DNA of 64,000 bases from Bigelowiella natans CCMP2755 (lineage: Eukaryota; Protista; Cercozoa), in assembly GCA_000320545.1 (NCBI GenBank), contig ADNK01002524.1:62001-126000 (forward strand), written 5' to 3'. A program made the translations under genes and the position numbers. A model generated the notes under the pieces. The model had not been told where the DNA came from and made no database searches. It saw only the letters and a list, made by a program, of their open reading frames with translations. Shown here piece by piece: positions 1 to 14,103 of the stretch; positions within the stretch are counted from its first letter, which is position 1, and each line of letters starts with the position of its first letter.

Positions 1-104
1 GGCAGCCCAATCTATCGACTCCACGTCTTCTTCTTCATCATAGACAATATTTTATTAAATTGATATGATATTGTTTTTCTTCATCTTCTTCTCGTTCGAA
101 ATAG

Positions 105-223
105 GTTCCATCTTCAGATATTATTGAAGCCGTTTCATCTTCTGCTTTACATCTCAAGGATCTTCATGATAGTTTATTATCATCGACAGGAGAAGGAGTA
201 GTAGTTCATCATCAGGTATATAT

Positions 224-286
<63 letters not shown>

Positions 287-990
287 AGCATGAGCAGCAA
301 AGAACGTGAAGAGGAACCATATATTCAGAATACAGCAGAACTAAATAGCACCATATAATAGCGTCACTACTGCGTATTATTACTGTACTGTATGATGATT
401 TCCTTACTTCTCCTTCTGTTGTATACTATGTGTTTAATGAAACAATCAGCTCCACGACGAAGCTACCACTACTACTACAGCAGCAGCAGCAGCGCAGCAA
501 ATGTTTGATTTAGCTTCCGAGCCTGTTGTCCTTCCATGTCATCGAATGCGATGTAAGAAGAAACAACACAGCTACAATAACTCATTTTGACAGCACCAGC
601 ATCAGGAGCACCATCCCATAATTGAATTCATCATTAATGTGGTGGTGGTGGTGATGATGATTATGATGATGATGATGATGATGATTAACGTCGTGGTCGT
701 AATCATCCTTTTCGACACCACCAAACCCCACCACCACCTAACCCTCTTCACTTCTTCTTCTTCTTCTTCTCCTTCCTCTCTTCAGGCACAACAGCACAAC
801 CTGCTACCCCAGGATTAAAAAAAGCGGTTAGTTTGTTTGTTTTCTAACGATGTCTTCTAACTACACCACTACTGCTACTACACTTATGTTATGGATGCAT
901 AGTAAGTAGTAGTAGTAGTAGTAGTAGTAGTTTTGTAGAATTTTGATACTTTTTTTCCATAATGTTTTTCCTTCCTTCCTGCCCCCCCCC

Positions 991-1033
<43 letters not shown>

Positions 1034-1397
1034 TCATACTAGGGTGTTGCATTGCTCTCAGCACTGTTCTTATACCTTACGTCAACACCGGGAGTGCTGG
1101 CTGGAGTCTTAGACATGTATGATGTCAAATCAAGAAGAAGAAGAAGAAGAAGAAGAAGAAGAAGAGAAAGAAGATCATTTCTAGTAGTATTGACATCATT
1201 ATCTTACATACATCTCTTTGAAATAAATAAATGTATGTTGTTGTGATTGAATGATAACAGTGATAGTCATCACCACCGTCCTAATAATAGGTATCTAATC
1301 GCCCCAATCCAAAGACTCATCGAGCCAAACTTCAAGTACGTGTTACTTTCTGTGTGTGTGTGTGTGAGTATGTGTAGTGGATGATGGTAATAATAAC

Positions 1398-1433
<36 letters not shown>

Positions 1434-1877
1434 TAAGAGATGATGACCAGTGTTGATAATATCATCGGTGTAGTGATGAAAGGGAGAGAGGGGGGGGGAG
1501 GGAGGGGGCGGGGATAGAAGAAGAATAAGAGAGGATATAATATGATAGAATATGCTGGTGTCAAAATTCATCATACAATCAATCTACATTTGTTTCTGCT
1601 ATTTCACTATTGATTTATCATCATCATCATCGTCATCGTCATCGTCATCTATCATAGTAGCAGAAGTAGTAGCCAGCAGCACTTCATCCTCACTCTGTCC
1701 TTAATGCTACTACGACGGAGTTAAGTGGTTATTTTCATTCATCGCATTATCGTGCATGGTGTTTCAGATATAATCTTGACGATTTAGCTATTGGAAAGAT
1801 GATAGCTGAGGGCGGATTTGGAGAAGTATATAGAGCTACGCTCATTGGCAAAAAGCAGACACGAGATGTATGTTAGG

Positions 1878-1922
<45 letters not shown>

Positions 1923-1937
1923 ATTTATGTATGTCTG

Positions 1938-1974
<37 letters not shown>

Positions 1975-3696
1975 CGCTATACAACAAATTTCTTAAGTAA
2001 CCACTAAAATCATACACTGTGAAATGTTCATTTTGTCATCATCATGTAAGTATACATCATCATCGGCAGGTTATCGTCAAACGAGCAAAAGAATTTGGGA
2101 GACCTGAGGTTACTATTAACTATTAAACACAGGAGGAATAGTAATCTAGAGTTGGTGAGGAGGAGGAGGAGGAGGAGGAGGAGGAAAAGTAGAATATTCT
2201 CATCATACTATCTCTCTGATAAAACACATGAATGAAGTAGCATTTATTTCAATATTTCTAGTAAATAAGTCTATGTTTTTCTGCCTAAACCTCCATCATA
2301 ACGTATATATTCCTCATTCTAGTCTTGAATGCTACTTAGTTGCTGCAAATCATCATCAGCACCATCATCATCGTTGTGACTGTCGCTGTTATTGGTGTAT
2401 TATTAACATCTTCTTCCTTCTGTGGAACATCACTACTACCACAACTACTTTATGCATAGGTTTGGATGAATGAGCGCATGCAGAGATCCGCACCTGGTGT
2501 TATTGCAGAGTATATCACAGCGTTTAACGAAGACACAGAAGACTCGATGTAATACGTCTACTACTACTGCCCCTCCCCTTGCATTATTTCCTTTTTTGCT
2601 TGGCTCCCTCACTCACTAGTAATCTCACTAATTTCATCGTATTCATGCTTAAGAAACTTGCTCCTTGTTTTTCCCCTTCTTCTTTTTCTCCTCTTTCGTC
2701 TTCGTGTCAGCTCAAGTCCTATTTTGCTGGTGTGGAATAATGAGGGAGAGTATACTCTATCGAGCTTAATGACAAAACAGGTTATCGCTTATTCTAAGGG
2801 GGGGGTTGCAGTAGTAGAAGAGTAGTAGTAGTAGTAGTAGTCAAAACAGTTGATAGAATGTTCCTCACATTACTATATGATGATAACGATATTGAGAAAT
2901 CGAAGAAGAAAATGCCGGCAATAACAACTCATCATTTGTTTTGTGTTGTTTGACTCTGATTTGATGAGTCGTTCTTCGCCTATCTTCGCCGACCTGACAC
3001 CGTCAGTCTTTTTTCTCTCTCTTCACGACCTCACACTGCTCAGTTGTGGATCAATTCATTCTTTTTCTTCGTATTCTACTAGCAATATTCTGCTGCCACC
3101 TTTAACTTACTACGACTACTACTACGACTACTACTACTACTACTACGACTACTACTACTACTACTACTACTACGACTACTACAGGATTTTCCCTTCAACG
3201 TTGCTCCTTTGCTGTTTGATGAATCCCAACTTCCAATGGACAAAACTAAAGAAAACAAGATTAAGATTATTCAAAGGATTATGGAACAAATTTTGTCAGG
3301 TACTACTACTACTAGTAGTAGTACTACTACTAGTAGTATTAGAGCATACATAAACAGAGTAAGTAGTAGTCGTGCCAATAAATCACACATCACTATCACC
3401 ATTATCATCATCATCATCCAGTACCAGAATTTGGGTCAGTGAGATATCTCATCCTGGTGTATAATCTGCATGTATAATAATGATGACCGCATCTTCTATT
3501 CTATCATTTATGATATATAATAATTACCACGCTTGCTACCTCATCCTTCAAAAATGCTATCATCACAAATGATCTTTGGCATCATCATCCTCCTCCTCCT
3601 CTTTCTCTCTTCCTCCTGATGTACATATGCTAATTCTTCTTCTTTTTCTTGTTCATCTTCTTCTTTCCTTTCGATATATTCACATACATAATGCTA

Positions 3697-3737
<41 letters not shown>

Positions 3738-4099
3738 CAATATTGATTGATAACAATAACAAAAAAAAAATACTACTACTACTACTACAGGATTGAAAGC
3801 ATGCCATTCTACTGGTATAGTCCACAGAGATATAAAGCCGCAAAACTTTATAGTGTCGCAAAGAGATAAAAGAGTCAAGCTTATTGATCTAGGTGGTGGT
3901 GCTGCTGCTGCTACTATGAGTAGTAATAGTTAGTAGTAGTAGTACTGGTGGGAGATAATGAATCGTAGCATGATGATAGAATCATTTTCAAACAGAACAA
4001 ATATCCAATAATAACTCAGAACATCTATCAAATAACTAATTATCCTTTTCCTGATTTTTTCCTTGTATCTCCTATATCAACAATCAGTGTGGTTATGGA

Positions 4100-4135
<36 letters not shown>

Positions 4136-4234
4136 AATGATAACTATGATGGTGCTGCTGATGATGATGATAATAATCTTATTTCCGTACATCATTAGGA
4201 GCTGCTGCTGATCTTCGCATTGGAATTAATTATG

Positions 4235-4277
<43 letters not shown>

Positions 4278-4456
4278 TAGTATAAATATAACGAGGAAGA
4301 AGTAGATATATGAAATTGAGTAAATACAATCTAACGTGCATTATTATAGCATCGATAGATACTTACTACCACCCATTCTTCTAGGTACCGAACGAATTTC
4401 TGTTAGATCCTCGTTATGCTCCTCCTCAGCAGTACATCATGTCAACAAGTAAGTAC

Positions 4457-4501
<45 letters not shown>

Positions 4502-4527
4502 AGTACATCATGTCAACAAGTAAGTAC

Positions 4528-4574
<47 letters not shown>

Positions 4575-4734
4575 ATTTCATAGCTATCTGAAAGGGTTTT
4601 GCAATGACAATGTAAGTGTGGAAGATGTGATGAAAATCATGATAGAGTGGAAATATAGTATTAACTACGTACGTACGATGAAATGGAGAAGGCACTTCTC
4701 TAGCCAACAATTTTGTTATTTGCTCTTATAAATG

Positions 4735-4769
<35 letters not shown>

Positions 4770-4987
4770 GTTATCCCTTTTTTGTATTCTCGTTGGATTG
4801 TATTACTGTCTGCTGATTAAACTGTGATGATGATGCATGCTTCAAGGAACACCAAAGGCACCTCCTGCTCCTATTGCTGTTTTCCTCTCACCGGTGCTAC
4901 CTACTCCGATAATAATGATATTTATACAAATAATAATGTTAATCATGCTTGTAAAGCTATGATGGCTAATTAATACTCAAGTCGTAC

Positions 4988-5067
<80 letters not shown>

Positions 5068-5556
5068 ATCTCTCTATTTGTATGTGTGCATGTGTGCATG
5101 TGTACGTGTGTGCGGTCGTCGTATGGACGATATAGATTATATAAATATAAACTTAACTAATCTTAGATAATAATTTATTACGACTTATTTCGTGGTGTTA
5201 TTTCGTCGTCTTCGTTTCTTCTTCTGTTTTTTTTTCCTAATCCTCTTCTCTTACTCTTTGGTTGTTGATTTTATTATTAGGTGTTATGGCAGATGAATTA
5301 TCCGGATAGATTCGATATTTACTCAGCAGGAATGAGTGAGTACACTACTACCTGTAGATAAGTAGTTGTAACGTACTACCAACCACCTCGATGTACTATT
5401 CAGAAAGAAACGATGATGTTTCAATGCGTCTTTGTTTGTTATTATTTATCTTTTTCATTATAGCTATAATTAGTTATCAGTATTTCATTTCGAATTAATT
5501 TTGCATAGTTTTACTGATAATTTCATAAACAACACATATATGTATTAATAAATATA

Positions 5557-5597
<41 letters not shown>

Positions 5598-6303
5598 TAT
5601 TGTTCCATAGTTTACTGATAATTTCTTCACCAACAAAAGGTAGTACAGTGTATAATGAAGGTTGTGAAGGATCCTCAATTAGTTTCCAAAAGAAAGAATT
5701 ACTTGTATTAACTATTTTCAATAGTGTAGAATAGAAAGTGATGGTATACGTTATTTAACTCATTGTTATTTTCTTCTGCCCCCCCCCCCCCTCTCCCCTC
5801 ATACTATTATCTACACTGTTCTATACCTATACGGCTTGTAGGCATGTTGCAGATGGTATTCGCACCGTTAAGAAGCGACAATGCGCTTATAGTGTAAGTT
5901 TTCCTCGTCGTATTAGTAGTAGTAGTAATAGTAGTAGCAATATAGGAGGGGGAGGGGGAGGAGGTGGTAGTTAATTATATACAGTATGAATGTACGATCT
6001 CCAAAACTACTGGTACTAGTAGTAGTAGTATTCCTAATATTGTGGTTTTGGAGTAGTAAGTAGTAGTAGTAGTAGGAGGAGGCAAAATTGGTAGTAGGTA
6101 AGATAATCAAAGATGTAATGGAATTACTATTCATCATTAATATCTTATCGATCAAAGATGCAATGAAATTACATATCCATCATTAATATCATCTTCTTCC
6201 TCCTTCCTCCTAATATATGTAGCTTCAATCGACGAATGCGTAAGGAATTCAAATACGACTTGCAGAAGTGGTAAGTAATAATAATGAGGGTAGTAACACT
6301 ATA

Positions 6304-6334
<31 letters not shown>

Positions 6335-6465
6335 CGCTGACGACGATGGCAAATTATTCAAGAAGCTATTCACAACAGCTCTGAGTAGAAATAATAGAGA
6401 TAGTAGAGAATAAGTGGTTGTTGGAAGACAAGGCGGGATTTTGTTGTGATTCATCCATTCTAGTC

Positions 6466-6497
<32 letters not shown>

Positions 6498-7383
6498 ATT
6501 TGGTAGTATCAACGGGTGGGGTAGGGTAGGGTAGGTTGTTGCTGTGTATCATCGTCATGGCACCAGTTCTATCACGCGTATGAATTGCATTTTGTATCAT
6601 CGTACACACTACGCAATAGGAGGAAAGCAGAGCGTTCAAAGTTATATCAAGAGGGATTTGAAAGTAGTAGTAGTAGCTTGAGTACTACTACTTAATTTCT
6701 TTTAGTTACGACTAGCTCTATTATCAGAAGAGATATCCAAAAGTTATTTGTATTCGTCTGATGATGTTTATGACGACGACGATGATGATAGTGATAGTGT
6801 GCAGCTGCTTCTTCCAGCTGTTATCGTCTTTACCTCCTACTACTGCTATTGCCATCGTCCTCATCATCTTCATCATCAGAATGATCGTCTTGTTTGATGT
6901 AATACTAATTGTTGGTTGTTGATTGATATTCATTCATTCATTCATCACCAAATCCATTCTCAGTTCTAGATGCCAATGGCGGAGCAGGTTGGGATTTACT
7001 GAGAAATCTTCTCTCTTTCGAGCCGAAAGAAGTAACAAATGAATATCGGATAGACGGATAGAAGAAGAAGAAGAAGAAGAAGAAGAAGAAGAATGATGAT
7101 GATGATGATGATGAAAAACTGAATATGCTCCCATCATTGATGTAATATGCAACTTGCGGATAATTGATATTTTCCATATTGTTTCTATGGCATGAAGCAA
7201 TTTGATGACATCATGAGGACCAGCTGTGTTTTCTTTTAACCCGAGAAATTACTAGCGATTAATCAATGGGTGGCGATTCATCATATTCTCACTTCAATTT
7301 TCTTTGTTCATTTCATAAGCGCCCCAGTGCGGCAGAGGCTCTTGGTCATCCGTTTTTTGAAGCAAATCTTTCTCCTATGGGTG

Positions 7384-7414
<31 letters not shown>

Positions 7415-7832
7415 CACTTGTACTAATACCAGCAGTAAGTACCAATACTACTAGTACTAGTTATAGAAGACGAGTAGAGTAGTCGTAACCAATCCCCATT
7501 AACAACATATATAGATATTTTATCATCAGTAGAATGATGGTTTTGTTCTTTTTCTTTCTATTATCATCATCACCATCATCATCATCATCATCATCATCAG
7601 GATTAATGAACAGTGCATGGGCATACTCCGGAAAAGCACTCGATAAGATCATAAATTCAGATATATTACTCGATTATGTGGGGGGCAAAGCTCGTGGACT
7701 CGATAAGGTACCAATACTAAAATATGATGATGATGATGATGTTGATGATGACGATTAGGATTATGTACGTTCACGCACATGCTCTCTTCTTCTTTGCTAT
7801 CCATCTGAATATTATATTGCCAAGAGAAGAAG

Positions 7833-7863
<31 letters not shown>

Positions 7864-8554
7864 GTAAAGCAGTTTCAGTAGTGTTGTCGTTGTTCTTATT
7901 GTTGTTGTTGTCTTATTTGCGGTTATCGTCATCATGACTATCAATCTATCTACCTACCTACCTATGCTAATTTGCTGGTGGTGCTGCTACTGTTTTGCTC
8001 TCTAGTTTCCTCATCATTCTCACATTACTGAGTCCCCTTGATTTCTTCACATGACGACTACGACTAATGACAACTGACAGATATTCACTGAGGTGGAACT
8101 TAAAGAGCAATTTGCAGATGAATTTCGATCAAATGAGGTGCTGTCTTGTGTGCTAGAGAACTACTCACTAGTAGTAGTAGTAGTAGTAGTAGCAGCAGCA
8201 GCATGTAATCACCAACAAATTAGTAGCACCAGCAGCAGAAAAATAGGAAGATTGATGAATCTTATTTCAAGCTTGGATAGATCAGTAGTAATAGAGAAAA
8301 CATGTGTGATGATGATATACAAAGAGAATCAATAGTTACTACTCACATGTGAATTTGTACTAGTATCTTCACCGCTAAGACTACTTCCAAAATACTAATA
8401 ATAGACCATATACAGTGCATATATTATACGTCACTAGACGGATGCAAGAGTGATTCATTATGCAAATGTTATGATGGTAATCATGATCAGGCTTCACCTT
8501 CGGACTTGGACTCTGTATCTAACACAATTAGGTGGTGGGATGGAAGAAATAAGG

Positions 8555-8587
<33 letters not shown>

Positions 8588-8924
8588 CAACGAGTACATT
8601 ATGACGATGATCATGATTTTTATTAATAACATTAACATTATCATTAGCATTATTGTCAGTGATAACACGTTTCTGACTTGCACCAACTAACACGGCAGCA
8701 ATTATGTGATGACAATAACATAGGCTCTTGAACGGAATAAAATGGACGCAACAGAGACTCAACTAATGTACGACGACGACGCTATGAGGCCTAGACTGTT
8801 ATATTGTCAAACTTAGTTTTAGGCAGCTACTCTCTCTCTCTCTCTCTCTCTCCCTCTCCCTCTCCCTCTTTCACTCTTGCGCGCGTGTGTGTGTGTGTGT
8901 GAACAATGTGTGAGTAGTAACCTG

Positions 8925-8965
<41 letters not shown>

Positions 8966-9087
8966 CATTGTGTGAGTTGTAACCTGGTCTGAATTCCAAC
9001 TAGGTACAAAGAGGAGGTGTTAGAAGAACTGAAAAAGAAGATCAAAAAGCCTCCAAGACGCCAAATATAGTAGCAAAGGAACACTGA
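105..9087 (+). CDS. STN7: State-transition thylakoid Ser/Thr kinase STN7/Stt7 (about 24 exons, 5' end upstream of window)
   Basis: Spliced exons give lumenal LPCHRMRC (C-X4-C), TM segment [32 protein letters not shown] (1768-1867), [33 protein letters not shown] (3791-3891), [75 protein letters not shown] and C-terminal NTIRWW; stop TGA at 9085-9087. These motifs are diagnostic of the STN7/Stt7 family. Confidence 0.92.
3108..3182. repeat. Compound (TAC/GAC)n microsatellite abutting a splice acceptor
   Basis: TACTACGAC-type array running directly into the AG acceptor at 3183-3184; representative of many intronic microsatellites in the window. Confidence 0.9.
4430..4566 (+). repeat. Tandem duplication of exon end + splice donor + (AG)n
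   Basis: CAGTACATCATGTCAACAAGTAAGTACTACG(AG)n occurs at 4430 and again at 4501. Confidence 0.85.
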
Positions 9088-9689
9088 ATTATGTGTGGGT
9101 GTGTGTGTTTGTGTGGTGATGTTGTTTGAGAAGCTACATCTACCTCCCTCATTGTATATCCTTGCGAACTATCACTCTTCTTCTTCTTCTTCTTCTTCTT
9201 AAAGAGCAAACAACAAACAACAACACAGTATAGTACCTGAAACCAATTCATCATCACCACATTACTACCGGATGATACGTTACATTGTTGTTATTTCTAA
9301 CAACCAGCATCACTTTGCCGTCGTGGTAATTAATACTAGTATATCTGTGATGTGTAGAAGTAGTACTTGCACTTACAAAAACAAGGCATTACTCAGTTGA
9401 TATATGATTATCTAGTATTATTACACTGAATAGATCTACAGTAGCTCGGATCTATTGATTCGACGTGCGCTCAACTGGATTTATGCTTATCGTCCCGTAT
9501 AGCTACTACTACTACTACTACTACTACTATATTTCGTACCTTGAGACCATGAGTAATGTTGCTGCAATTTAGTAATTCAAGCGTCATCCTATGTAAATCT
9601 CGTGTGACAGCATAAGTTTACTCTTATTCTTTTTTTGCTGTAAAGCTTACACTTTAACAGTGCCATAATGAATCAAATAAAAAGTCGTG

Positions 9690-10350
9690 TTCGACGAGCT
9701 AGCGAGCGAGAATAATTGCAACGTATACGCTATCAGCGAACGCTTGACATTGATCTGATCATTGTTAAGCGCATCTTGTAGCATCTGAAATCAGACACAT
9801 CTCATCAAATGTTTGCTGTATACGCTTCACGCATCGCAGTGGCACGTACAATCACAAATGTAAGGCTGTGTATACAACAGTAGTTTGTTGCTGGCCGAAT
9901 CGACGTACGCTGCATGCAATGCAAAATCGAAATAAATGTGTCAGCTGCACATATCACACATGCCTCTAGCTAGCTAGGCCTGTCATTGCTAACGCAGCGC
10001 ATATGTAGCTAGCTAGCTAGCAGCTAGCTAGATAGGTCGACGAAATATAAATGAACAAAGGCAAAGATACGATACGATCAGAGAACTACGTGCAAGCTAT
10101 GGCGCTCTTATATGTACTAGTGTAACAGACATTGCACATACATGTAGCAGGAAAGACACTGCATACAGCAGGTTCATCTTTTTGCTAGAGCTAGCTATAG
10201 CTCACTAGCTCATCTACAGAGAGCGCCTGCTGTAGTTGCCATTGGCTAACAACTGCGTGGATTGGCCCTATTATATATTCATCGCTAATAATACTAGAAT
10301 AACCAATTTTAACTTGTCCCGAATCATGCATGGTAACTAGCTAATGCTAA
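9690..10350. repeat. CTAG/TGCA/CATG-rich low-complexity spacer between convergent genes
   Basis: Runs such as CTAGCTAGCTAG at about 9966 and 10007-10032, many TGCA/CATG words, no credible ORF. Confidence 0.55.
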
Positions 10351-10419
10351 CCAGAAGCTTACAAGGATCTATCTTCAATTTGCGTAACTCATTATCCCCT
10401 TTGAGCCGGCGGGTATCTT

Positions 10420-11274
10420 CTAGGAAGGATTTTCTTCTTCTTGCATCTGCTTCCAGGTATCTGTTGCCATTCTATTCATGTGTACGATGTCACCCCAGCC
10501 TGACCACCATTTATTGAATCCACCTGCTTCCCCAGCACCCTGATTTAGTCCTCCGATGGTGTGCGGATCGCTCTTACTTTCTCCCTTCTCGTTCAACACC
10601 GCTACCATCTGCCTATTCGATGGTCCTCCTTTGTGCTCATTCAACACCTTTTGTGCCTCCAAGACATTCTTGTAAGGTCCCTTGACTTTCTTCGTGGATG
10701 CATTGACCACGAAATAATACTTCTCAAGAAATGGATTATCGATGATAAGTCCTTGTTTCTTTGCCCATTTGTTAGCCATCGTATTCATCTGTTTAATCTC
10801 TGCCCAGCCATACCACCATTTCTCGAATCCCCCAGGAGCACCAGCTCCTTGATTTTCGCCACCCACAGTATGCGGGTCGTCCTTTGCCCCAGTCTGACTC
10901 ATCTCACATATCATCTGTTGATTGTTCGCCCCTCCCCTGCTCTTATTCAGCTCCTTTTTTGCTTCCGAAAGCTCCTTGAAGGGGCCTATCACCAGCCCAC
11001 TGTTTTTTTTAACAACGCAAAACCAGTTTTCAGGCTTAGAAATCAGAAGCATGAGCTCCGAGCCACTCTCAACTTTGTATGTGCTCAGCAGCAATGCAGA
11101 GTCGTTTTCCAAGAATGTTCCTTCATACCAGTACTTCTGTTGGTCTTTAGGTATCTTAGTCTTTTCTTCATACGTCTGCTTCAGAACACCGACGGTCGCA
11201 GAGAACGGAACTTCAATACGTTTCTTATCTCCCGACATTGTTTTAACGTATACTTCCATGGATTTCCCCTCCAT
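10420..11274 (-). CDS. Ubiquitin-like domain protein with two tandem ~90-aa Gly/Trp-rich repeats of unknown function (intronless, 284 aa)
   Basis: N-terminal MEVYVKTMSGDKKRIEV...TVGVLK...IPKDQQKYWYEGTFLEND...LSTYKVESGSELML follows the ubiquitin pattern without a C-terminal GG. aa 84-170 and 186-274 align (GP[FY]K..EA.K.LN...GG..N.QM...DPHT[VI]GG.NQGAG..GGF.KWW.GW..I..MN.MA). Confidence 0.85.
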   Translation of the reverse strand: MEGKSMEVYVKTMSGDKKRIEVPFSATVGVLKQTYEEKTKIPKDQQKYWYEGTFLENDSALLLSTYKVESGSELMLLISKPENWFCVVKKNSGLVIGPFKELSEAKKELNKSRGGANNQQMICEMSQTGAKDDPHTVGGENQGAGAPGGFEKWWYGWAEIKQMNTMANKWAKKQGLIIDNPFLEKYYFVVNASTKKVKGPYKNVLEAQKVLNEHKGGPSNRQMVAVLNEKGESKSDPHTIGGLNQGAGEAGGFNKWWSGWGDIVHMNRMATDTWKQMQEEENPS

Positions 11275-11511
11275 AGTCCCAGCAGCAGCAGCTCCTTAGT
11301 TAGTTAGTTAGTTAGTTATTCTGTTCGCGTCCTTGACTTTAGCGTTGGTGTGTATCTACTCCTCCAACGGCAGCGAGTAGATTCAGTAGATTCTTATCCG
11401 GTGGTGGGCGGTAGATAATTCTAACCGGTAGTTCGGCAACAAGAAAAAGGAAAATACAGGGAATTCCACTCCTACGACATCAATTTGTTTAATACTGTTT
11501 AGTCCAGGAGC
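11275..11511. promoter_or_regulatory. Putative bidirectional promoter (237 bp)
   Basis: Short interval between divergent start codons 11274 (-) and 11512 (+); contains two TAGAT..CCGGT-like elements near 11387-11430. Inferred from position only. Confidence 0.4.
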
Positions 11512-12352
11512 ATGTCATACAGATCCGCAAACAATGACTGGTATTTACCCAGTAAATATCGTAAATTTTGTCCTACAGTGCTCAGAACATAAACAACAAA
11601 TTTGAGTCCAAGCTCCGAACTTCGGCGACGTGTCTCAATACCCCCCCTAACCTTTCGTTGTCATTACCATGGCCTCGGCTCTCAAACATGTAAGTGAAGT
11701 GTATATGTAATCCCACAAATGATTGCTTTTTGAACGTATCGAACGTCCAACATACAGTTGTTAATACTCACTTGGAAGAATTGATGATTACGATGATGTT
11801 TTAAAAAAGTGTGTAAAGCGTCTCACGGAAGACAATGGCTGCTCGCCCTCCGAAGCAGGGGAGGTAGCATAATATTTTTTCCAACTTACCTTGTGGTATC
11901 CTCAAATGGCATAACATTCAACAGTGTGGATACGTTGAGAAATTTTGCTATTTGTAGGCGGTTAAGGAAATAATGTCTGGGGGTGCAAATGAAGCATTGA
12001 CTGGTGTGTGTGTGTGTGTGTGTGTGTGTGTGCATAGGCATGAAAGCGTGTGTAAAACAAAAATTAGATGTATGCTGTATTTAATGTGGTTGAATATGAA
12101 AATTATATTCTTCTGTGGGGCCTAAACAATTAAGAATGCTTGTCATTGATCGACTTAATTTCTCTGCTAGTCACTGATCAGCTTAATTTTTTTCTCTCGC
12201 GCTCTCTCTCTCCCCCTTCCCCCCCCCCTCCCCCTTCTATTGTCGATCTACTAAACCAAAAAATAATTTCAACAACTAGCATCTTTTCTTACCGCTCTGC
12301 GCTGGGACAAATGTACCCCTGAGATCGTAGCGGCAGTTGCCAAGGTGAATGC

Positions 12353-12389
<37 letters not shown>

Positions 12390-12838
12390 GGCTATAAAGA
12401 GAATCGGCATCGCTCCTTTCGTTTCTTTGCTTCTTTCTCTCTTTGATATAGCTTTTTAGGGCAGTGTTTACTTGTTTTGTGATTATTGATTGTTAATAGA
12501 ATGAGGAAGGGTTAAAAGGGATGATGAAAATAATTAATCTAAGGATAGAAGTTTTTACTCTATTCTAACGTGTTTTTTCGCGTTGTGTTCGTTGACGTGT
12601 GATATACAACTCTTTTCACTATGAGCAGTCAATGAGAGACTGCGCTCTGCCATGTAGCCCTGAGCTTAAGAAGGTGGTAGTAGTAGTAGCTACTCATCCT
12701 TCTCTATTACCTTATAATACTACTATACGATCACAACACACACTACCACATACACTCATTGACTCATATGTGGCTGTACCTGCACAACACACACTACCAC
12801 ATACACTCATTGACTCATATGTGGCTGTACCTGCACGT

Positions 12839-12875
<37 letters not shown>

Positions 12876-13535
12876 ACAATATGTGAATAAGTCATTGAGC
12901 TGCAATAAATTGGGTGGTTGGTTGTTGTGTAGGGAGAAGTCCTTGTCGATGTAGTTGGAACAGGTGACTCTTCTACTTAATAGTAATAGTAACAATGATA
13001 ATAAAAATTGATGGTGAATAATTCACCAAAACGAGTAGAGTGTAGCAGTAGTAGAAGTAATAGTAATAGTGATAGTAATAGTATAGATTCCTGTACAAAT
13101 ATGCTCCTTAACAAACAGTAGTGTTGTGGTCTAAGTACATCAGATTCTATGAACTTTTGTTGTTGTTGTTGTTGTTTTTATTTGGGTTTTAATAGCTAAG
13201 AATACGTCGCAAATATATTATGGCAGCTATCATAATAGTAATCATTATAGTAATAATAACCATAATCATCATCGTCATCACCATCATGATTAGGGGGAGA
13301 TGATAATAATAACCATAATCATCATCGTCATCATCATCATCATGATTAGGGGGAGATGGTTTCGATACATTCAATGTATCTACAGCTGCTTCTATTGTAG
13401 TTGCAGCAGCAGGAGCAAAGGTTATTTATAACATAAAATAAACTACAAAGCCATAAGAAGAAGAAGATGATGATGATGAAGAAAAAGGAAGTGCAATAGT
13501 ATATTTTGCCTGATGATAAGAGAACTACTTAAATT

Positions 13536-13594
<59 letters not shown>

Positions 13595-14031
13595 TATTAT
13601 ATTACAATCTTTTTATAACCTGATGCTTCCTAATCCAAACGATGTCAATACTACTACTACTACTAGTAGTAGTAGTACTTGTACTAGTACTACTACACTA
13701 CCCACTACTCACTACCAATTATTATTTCAAATTGACAACATGAGTACAGCTTGTTACTCCCTTCATTGTTACGAATTGATAAGTGAATCAATAGCAGCTT
13801 CGTGTGTGTTGGCTACTAAATTAAATATATGATAAAAGGGTAGGGTCGTTGTAATACCACAGGTTGCAGAAGTATATGCGTGAATAAGCAAACAACACAA
13901 CATAGCACAACATAACAAACAGGTTTTAAAGCATGGAAATCGATCAAATGCTTCAAAGTGCGGTTCAGCGGACATATTGGAGGTTGTTGTGTGTTTTTGT
14001 GGTGGCAGCACTTAATTACACAAAATATAAG

Positions 14032-14103
<72 letters not shown>

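Noticed and set aside
861-9260. Many 60-140 aa ORFs with poly-Y, ER, HT, YI or poly-S runs (also throughout the window)
   Set aside because: They are translations of intronic microsatellites; the real coding sequence is in short spliced exons.
10561-11307. 248-aa and 125-aa plus-strand ORFs
   Set aside because: Antisense shadows of the Ubl-repeat gene, with non-ATG starts and no motifs.
11298-11318. (AGTT)n run as a telomere-like repeat
   Set aside because: Only about 5 units, internal, and not a TTAGGG-type motif.
12732-12833. Direct repeats as a CRISPR-like array (also 47823-47870)
   Set aside because: Only two adjacent copies with no spacers, inside introns of a eukaryotic gene.
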